Virus record (IMG/VR): IMGVR_UViG_3300031957_003826
Span: 1-38,721 of that record
Reading direction: 5' to 3' (one strand)
Source: a virus
Lineage: Duplodnaviria > Caudoviricetes
DNA length: 38,721 bases
Shown here: one piece after another, positions 33,894 to 38,721 of the stretch
Numbering within the stretch: the stretch's first letter is position 1
How the letters are laid out: every line of letters starts with the position of its first letter
Notes under the pieces: model-generated
The model's database searches: none
Told to the model about the DNA's origin: nothing
The model's input: the letters and a program-made list of their open reading frames with translations, nothing else
Translations under genes and position numbers: made by a program

Positions 33894-34243
33894 CGGGCGC
33901 GCTCCCGCTCGATCGCCGCGAGCAGCGCCCGGCTGCCGCCGCGCATCTTCCACAGGTGAAGACGGCCGAATCCTTCGTCCCGGAGCCCGTCAGAAAGGTC
34001 CGCCCGGCCGGGGCTTGGGTTCCCGGCCGGGGCGGACAGTTCGACCAGCGCGGGTGCGACCCGTGCAGGCTCGGATTGGCCGTCTGCCGCGCGGGGGGGG
34101 ATTTCGGCGGACGGCCTTGGGGAAAAGGGTGCGGGCGATGCGGCGGCATCGAGCAGCTGCGCGACCAGCCTGGGCGTGAACCCGAACGGCGCGGGTCGCA
34201 GGTTGCCGCTGCAGCGCTTGCGGGGTGCGTTCGCGTCAGCCAT
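33890..34243 (-). CDS. Hypothetical protein
   Basis: Overlap-coupled in the early operon; ends MRGGSRALLAAIERERAR. Confidence 0.55.
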   Translation of the reverse strand: MADANAPRKRCSGNLRPAPFGFTPRLVAQLLDAAASPAPFSPRPSAEIPPRAADGQSEPARVAPALVELSAPAGNPSPGRADLSDGLRDEGFGRLHLWKMRGGSRALLAAIERERAR

Positions 34244-34520
34244 GGCGCGCGGCCTCCTCGCGGCGGCGTTCGGCCACCACTTCGTGGGCCGGGCGACCGT
34301 GGATCGTCGCGACGACGCGGCGCGCCCGCTTGTGCGGGTTGCCGTGCGCCCGGCACCAGGCCAGTGCCTCTGCAGCTTCGTCGCGCTCGGCGGCGGCGGC
34401 GCGCATGTTCGCCTGGATCGCCCGCAGCCGGATTTTAATCTCGGCGGCGGCGTAGTGCATGTCGGCTTCGACCGCCTGCAGCCGCAGCTTGGTCTCGGCC
34501 GTGAAAGTGTCGTGAGACAT
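34236..34520 (-). CDS. Hypothetical coiled-coil protein
   Basis: GAGGGA before the ATG; internal repeat AETKLRLQAVEADM / AEIKIRLRAIQANM. Confidence 0.6.
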   Translation of the reverse strand: MSHDTFTAETKLRLQAVEADMHYAAAEIKIRLRAIQANMRAAAAERDEAAEALAWCRAHGNPHKRARRVVATIHGRPAHEVVAERRREEAARHG

Positions 34521-34526
34521 CGCTGT

Positions 34527-34772
34527 TCAGTCCCTCATCATCCAGCGCGCATCCCAGTCGCGGTAATCCTCGGGATCGCGGTCCATCGGTTCGAAGTTGG
34601 CTTCGGGCGCGGGATCGGCCGCGCGGGTGCCGCAGGCGGCGCGGCGCGCCTTCGCCCGGCGGCGCAGTTCGCGCTCGGCCTCGCGCGGCGTGCAGCCGGT
34701 GGCGAGCGCCAGCTCCATCGCCTCGCGGTGCGCACGGTAGTAGGCGGCAAGGTTGTCCTGGCTGCGCGGCAT
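34527..34772 (-). CDS. Hypothetical protein
   Basis: TGATG coupling at 34772; YRAHREAMELALATGCTPREA; ends WDARWMMRD. Confidence 0.65.
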   Translation of the reverse strand: MPRSQDNLAAYYRAHREAMELALATGCTPREAERELRRRAKARRAACGTRAADPAPEANFEPMDRDPEDYRDWDARWMMRD

Positions 34773-35263
34773 CACCCTCTCCAGTCCGAAAGGAATTTGC
34801 GGCATGCGGCGGCGAACTGGCCGAGCGCGTCGACATCGTCGGCCCAGCTTTCCTCTCGCCCGCGCAGGTCTTCCTGCTCGATCTCCGCCATGATGGCGGC
34901 GGCTTCCGCCATCTGCGCGACCGCGTTTACGTCCTGAAACGGGTGGCCGTACTCATCGGCCCCTTCACGGGCGTGGCGCAGCAGCTCGACCAGCGCATCG
35001 CTGGCAGCATGCGCCGCAATCAGGGCCAGGTGCGACGTGTCGGCCATCACCCGGCCCTCTCGCGTTCGATCGCGGCGAGCAGGTCCCCGCTGCCGGATTT
35101 CATTGCCCGCTCGTGCGGCCAGGTCGGGGCCGAGGTTGGCGCAGAACATGTGGATCACCTTGCCCACGTAGTTCTCGGTCACGCCCATCAGCGCGGCGAT
35201 CTCGGCAGCTGTCAGGCCTTCGCCGCGCAGATCGAGGATTTGCTGTTCGCGCCTCGTGATCAT
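34772..35263 (-). CDS. LuxR-type HTH protein, as read fused to the next gene (probable frameshift; second gene 34772-35047)
   Basis: ITRREQQILDLRGEGLTAAEIAALMGVTENYV HTH; an alternative frame from about 35115 ends in TGA at 35049-35047 overlapping the ATG of MADTSH. Confidence 0.65.
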   Translation of the reverse strand: MITRREQQILDLRGEGLTAAEIAALMGVTENYVGKVIHMFCANLGPDLAARAGNEIRQRGPARRDRTREGRVMADTSHLALIAAHAASDALVELLRHAREGADEYGHPFQDVNAVAQMAEAAAIMAEIEQEDLRGREESWADDVDALGQFAAACRKFLSDWRG

Positions 35264-35415
35264 GGCCGGTTCTCCCGGTTCGCCTGCAGCAGCGCCTGAC
35301 GCTGGCGGATGCGCTGCACCGCCTGCATCCGCGCCAGCCCGCTCGCCGCCATCTCGGCCGCGATCGCACGCTCGCTCGGCACCTTCAGGCTCGGAAGGGT
35401 GCGCCGCGCGTTCAC
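35260..35415 (-). CDS. Small hypothetical protein (51 aa)
   Basis: GTGA/ATGA coupling at both ends; PSERAIAAEMAASGLARMQAVQRIRQR. Confidence 0.55.
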   Translation of the reverse strand: MNARRTLPSLKVPSERAIAAEMAASGLARMQAVQRIRQRQALLQANRENRP

Positions 35416-36110
35416 AAGGCAGCTCCCGGCAGCAGGTGCGTTTCGTCCATCCGCGCCAGCGGCGGCAGCCAGATCACGCGCGTCTCGCCCGGCGCGGCCG
35501 GGTTCGCCACGTCCCACACGATCCAGCAGTAATCGATCGTCCCGCCCCGGAAGGCGCGCTTGCCCATCAGGTGGATCAGGTCGCCGGGTGGCATCGATGG
35601 GCGCTGGGTCATGTGCAGCACCGCCACTGGCGGATGATCGACCATGAACAGGTCGTAGCGCCCCTGGCTCGAAAGCCACTTGTTCGGCAGCAGCGCGCAC
35701 ACCCGCCCGCTCGCCAGCCTCAGCGCATGCCGCGCGAAGGCTTCGGCGATGCCCTTCACATAGGAATAGGGCGGGTTCATCACGATCGTGCACGGCGCAG
35801 GCGCGGCCGTCGTCTCGCGAAAGTCGATCGAGACGTAGGTAGGGCGGGTGAACTCCGGGCAGGAATCGAAGTTGTCCCAGGCCACGTTCTGCACCACGTC
35901 CGAAATGTGGCAGGTCAGCCCGAGCGCGAAGGCAGCCTCGATCGTGTGGCCGTAGCCGCAGCACGGGTCCCACACCGCAAGGCCTTCGGCCTTCTCGCGG
36001 GCGAAGCCGCCCAGCGCGCGCGCCAGTTGCCACCCGCACCACACCTCGTCGACGTACCAGTCGAGCGGGTGGCGCTTTTCCGCCTTGGTGTAGGTCAGCT
36101 CACCGCGCAT
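35412..36110 (-). CDS. Amino (probably N6-adenine) DNA methyltransferase
   Basis: Motif I VWDPCCGYG precedes motif IV IVMNPPY; N-terminal DWY and C-terminal YCWIVWD. Confidence 0.88.
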   Translation of the reverse strand: MRGELTYTKAEKRHPLDWYVDEVWCGWQLARALGGFAREKAEGLAVWDPCCGYGHTIEAAFALGLTCHISDVVQNVAWDNFDSCPEFTRPTYVSIDFRETTAAPAPCTIVMNPPYSYVKGIAEAFARHALRLASGRVCALLPNKWLSSQGRYDLFMVDHPPVAVLHMTQRPSMPPGDLIHLMGKRAFRGGTIDYCWIVWDVANPAAPGETRVIWLPPLARMDETHLLPGAAL

Positions 36111-37260
36111 CGGCGGGGCTCCAATGGTCGACGAGAAACTCCTGCAGCTTGGCGCGAGCCGTCTCGATCTGATCGTCGTCCACCGCGTCGCCGATCGCGA
36201 GGGCGGCGATTACGTCGAAGGCGGTGCTGATGGCGTCCTTCGTCGCGGCGTCCGCGCCCGATGGTGCGGTCTCGCCCAGCTCCGCGTCGAGCCGGTCGCG
36301 CATTTCTCGCTTCATTTCCGGCGTCAGCATGGAAACCATCGTCGGCAGGAAGCGGCGTTTCTCGGCGGTGTTCAGCCGCTGCCAGCCGCCCGTGATCTGG
36401 TCGTGGAACTTCTGGTGCGCCACCGGCGTCGCCGCCTGCGCCGCGCCGGTCATGCCGATGCCGAGGCGGACTTTAACCTCTGCGACCGTCAGCTCGTCGT
36501 CTTCCAGCAGCGCCTCGATCACCGCCTTGCGCATGACTTCGTCCGTCACGTCCGCGATCTCGCGCAGTTGCTTGGCGTTCGCTCCGACAATCGGGTGCCG
36601 GGAAAGTGCCTCCGCCATGCCGGGGAATGGCTCGACGATGAAGCGATAGAGCCGCAGCGCGCGGTAAATGGCATCTCGGCCCATGCCGAAGGCTTCGTCG
36701 ACCGCCTTCTCCCAGCTCACAGCGTCCGCCCCATACGCCGTCGCATGATCAGACAGCGTATCCTGGACTTCGTCTCGAAGCGCCTCATCAGCACGTTGTT
36801 CGCCGGATTTCACCCGCGCCCAGCGTGCCCGGATCGCAAGCTCCTGTTGCTTGAGACCGCCGCGATTGCGCGCGATGCGCTCCTGCGCAGCCTTCGTAAG
36901 CGCAGCAACGAACTTGGCATCTTCGATGGGGCTGAGCGTTCGCCGGTGCTTGTTCTCGCTCGCCTCAAGGTCGGCCAGCGCTTCCGGCTTGCCCGAGACT
37001 TCGATGGCCCAGACCGTGATTCCCTCGATCCGCGCGCCGATCAGCCGGTGCATGCCCGTCACCAGCCGCCAGGGCTTGTCCGGGTTCTTGGGGTTGGCGA
37101 CCACCTTGATCGGGTCGCGCTGCCCGTCGACTGCCATCAGCCGCCCCAGCGCGGCAGCCTTGTCCTCGTGCAGGAAGCCGATGCGCGCGCCTTCGTCGAC
37201 GTGCTGCGGCGAAATCTCGAACAGCTTGGCATCGGCCAGCAGGGAAGCGGAACCGGTCAT
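36100..37260 (-). CDS. ParB/Srx N-terminal domain protein
   Basis: GQRDPIKV, WRLVTGMHRL, LEASENKHRRTLS and a downstream HTH-like segment; start 37260 (track gives 37287). Confidence 0.85.
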   Translation of the reverse strand: MTGSASLLADAKLFEISPQHVDEGARIGFLHEDKAAALGRLMAVDGQRDPIKVVANPKNPDKPWRLVTGMHRLIGARIEGITVWAIEVSGKPEALADLEASENKHRRTLSPIEDAKFVAALTKAAQERIARNRGGLKQQELAIRARWARVKSGEQRADEALRDEVQDTLSDHATAYGADAVSWEKAVDEAFGMGRDAIYRALRLYRFIVEPFPGMAEALSRHPIVGANAKQLREIADVTDEVMRKAVIEALLEDDELTVAEVKVRLGIGMTGAAQAATPVAHQKFHDQITGGWQRLNTAEKRRFLPTMVSMLTPEMKREMRDRLDAELGETAPSGADAATKDAISTAFDVIAALAIGDAVDDDQIETARAKLQEFLVDHWSPADAR

Positions 37261-37364
37261 GTCAGGGAACCTTCGCGACTTAGACAATGATCGTGCCAGC
37301 GGCGGGCGGTAAGCTCGGCCTCGGCTTTGGTGGGAATGGCCTCGCCGGTCGCTGGAGTGCCGTC

Positions 37365-37610
37365 ATGGATCGAGAACTCGCCCGCCGCGTCGCCTCGCTG
37401 GAGAGTGGATTGGAGGCGCTGCGCGCATTCGCCATCGCACAGGCCTGCGCGGCGCAGCGGGCACGTCCCGGCATCGCGCAGGCGACGATTGAGCACGCGC
37501 AGGCGATGGCTGCCGAGACCGCCGCGAACGGTGAGCCGCGCACTGCGCAGGCCTTGGGACTGCTTTGCGACGAGCTGCGAGCGGCACTGGACCTGCCCGC
37601 CAATGACTGA
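37365..37610 (+). CDS. Small helical protein on the opposite strand
   Basis: GGAG-N7-ATG at 37365; MDRELARRVASLESGLEALRAFAIAQ... reads as amphipathic helices; antisense to ORF 37257-37661. Confidence 0.5.
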   Translation: MDRELARRVASLESGLEALRAFAIAQACAAQRARPGIAQATIEHAQAMAAETAANGEPRTAQALGLLCDELRAALDLPAND

Positions 37611-37657
37611 AGGATCGCGCAGCACCTCCAGCGCCCGCAGGATTTCGGCGGGGGCGA

Positions 37658-38029
37658 TCATGATGCAAGCCCCGCTGCCGGAAAGAGGGGGTCACTCAGC
37701 ACGTCGCGGACGAATTCCGCCACATAATCGGCCTCGCGTGGATCGTATTCTGCGACTGCCTCGGCCAGGAAGGCGCGAAACTTCCTGCTGATTTGCGGCG
37801 CGCTGCCGTCCATCATGACCAGCGCAGCCTGCAGGATTTCTGCGCACTCGCCCATTTCGAAGGCGAAGATCAGATCGGTGCCCTTTACCGCCTCTGGCGT
37901 CGTTCCGATGGCGCTCGCGAAGTCGGCCAGGCGCTTGCGCGTGTCTCGCCGGTCCACCGCCGCCATTTCGGCCCGGAGTGACTCCATCGCCTCGGCCCGA
38001 AGCCGTTTTTGCTCGGCTGCCTTGCTCAT
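37658..38029 (-). CDS. Hypothetical protein
   Basis: TGATG coupling at 38029 after GAGGTG; MSKAAEQKRL... Confidence 0.65.
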   Translation of the reverse strand: MSKAAEQKRLRAEAMESLRAEMAAVDRRDTRKRLADFASAIGTTPEAVKGTDLIFAFEMGECAEILQAALVMMDGSAPQISRKFRAFLAEAVAEYDPREADYVAEFVRDVLSDPLFPAAGLAS

Positions 38030-38721
38030 CACCCACACCTCACATCGTCCAGCTTTGTCCATTCGCGCTGAAGCGCCGACCGCGAGATCGTGCGTTCGCC
38101 GAGGGCTGCGTTGATCTCGAGAGTGGCCTCATCCAGCGTGCATTGACGATGCAGCGAGATGACCATCTCGCGTGCGCCGGGAACGCTGTAATGCTTGGGG
38201 TTGCGCTGCCTGCGCTTGCCGCCGTCCGGTCGAAGCATGCGCATCACCGGCGGCGAGTAGCGCACGACCTTCGCGAACTCCGGCGTCTCGATCATCTTCT
38301 GATGGTCGAACAGGCGCTCAAGCTTCTCGATGCGCCGTTCCATCGCATCGAACGCGATGTCGGTGAGCGTGGGTGCGGCAGCGACGAGCTTGCCGTGACG
38401 ATACGCCATGCACAGGCGGATCATCTGCTCCCGAGCGTCCGGCGCGTTCGGCGCGCGGCTGAGCATGCAGATCAGCAGCGTCTGCGGCTCGTCGAGGTAG
38501 TAGACGGTAACTTCGCGGCGCGCGCCGCTGCCGAGCAGGACCATTTCACGCGCCGCGTGAATTGGTCCATACCGTGCCAGCTCGGCGGCATTCTTCTCGA
38601 TCACCTTCCGGATGTTTAAGGGCTGCGCCATGCCCAGCGCCTCGCCCAGCCGCACGTCCATGACGCGCGGCTCGCCCTCGAACTCCCGCAAATCTGCGGA
38701 ACACAGTGCCAGCGCGCCCAT
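38029..38721 (-). CDS. Phage antirepressor-like DNA-binding protein
   Basis: EPRVMDVRLGEALGM...IRKVIEKNAAEL...YYLDEPQTLLICMLSRAPNA...REQMI N-terminal domain, coiled coil, C-terminal HTH. Confidence 0.7.
   Translation of the reverse strand: MGALALCSADLREFEGEPRVMDVRLGEALGMAQPLNIRKVIEKNAAELARYGPIHAAREMVLLGSGARREVTVYYLDEPQTLLICMLSRAPNAPDAREQMIRLCMAYRHGKLVAAAPTLTDIAFDAMERRIEKLERLFDHQKMIETPEFAKVVRYSPPVMRMLRPDGGKRRQRNPKHYSVPGAREMVISLHRQCTLDEATLEINAALGERTISRSALQREWTKLDDVRCG

Larger units (their letters stand above)
1..38721 (-). mobile_element. Mu-like transposable prophage (ends outside window)
   Basis: MuA DDE transposase and MuB ATPase together with Mu-syntenic terminase, portal, gpF, protease, gpT, sheath, tube, tape measure and gp43-48 genes, all co-oriented and mostly stop/start coupled. 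Confidence 0.97.

Noticed and set aside
34093-34100. G8 homopolymer as a phase-variation tract
   Set aside because: Short, in a GC-rich genome, the ORF is intact, and a single sequence gives no evidence of variation
2340-36230. Many long plus-strand and alternate-frame ORFs (e.g. 24875-27745, 20548-22719, 30575-32377, 9053-10858)
   Set aside because: Typical high-GC shadow frames overlapping well-supported phage genes; Arg/Ala/Pro-rich with no motifs
1-38721. Mu ends (TG...CA with MuA sites), repressor/ner, gam, gin, tRNA, CRISPR or reverse-transcriptase elements
   Set aside because: None recognisable by eye; both window edges fall in or at phage genes, so the ends lie outside

Overview
The window is almost entirely one Mu-like (transposable, contractile-tailed) prophage or phage genome, GC-rich and encoded almost wholly on the minus strand. 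An alphaproteobacterial host is likely (inference only). Reading right to left: an early region (antirepressor-like protein, ParB-like protein, NPPY-type DNA methyltransferase, small ORFs, MuA transposase, MuB ATPase, GemA, Mor/C-like activator); a lysis cassette interrupted by an SGNH-hydrolase module; packaging and head genes; tail and baseplate genes; and a Dam-family methyltransferase at the position of Mu mom, truncated by the left edge and absent from the ORF track. The repressor/ner genes and the phage ends are not visible. The most notable items are: (1) a MuF head protein carrying a degenerate PBECR2-like domain plus an R-S-E ADP-ribosyltransferase, followed by an unlisted 57-aa candidate immunity ORF; (2) small ORFs coupled into the packaging operon, including an Acb2/Tad1-like helical hairpin and a Cys/His peptide carrying a copy of the terminase Walker-B motif; (3) an identical 20-bp dyad exactly 33 nt upstream of two late genes that appear leaderless; (4) a multi-hairpin leader that could occlude the dam ribosome-binding region; (5) a -1 frameshift signal in the tail chaperone gene. 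All family assignments come from motif recognition and synteny, not database searches.
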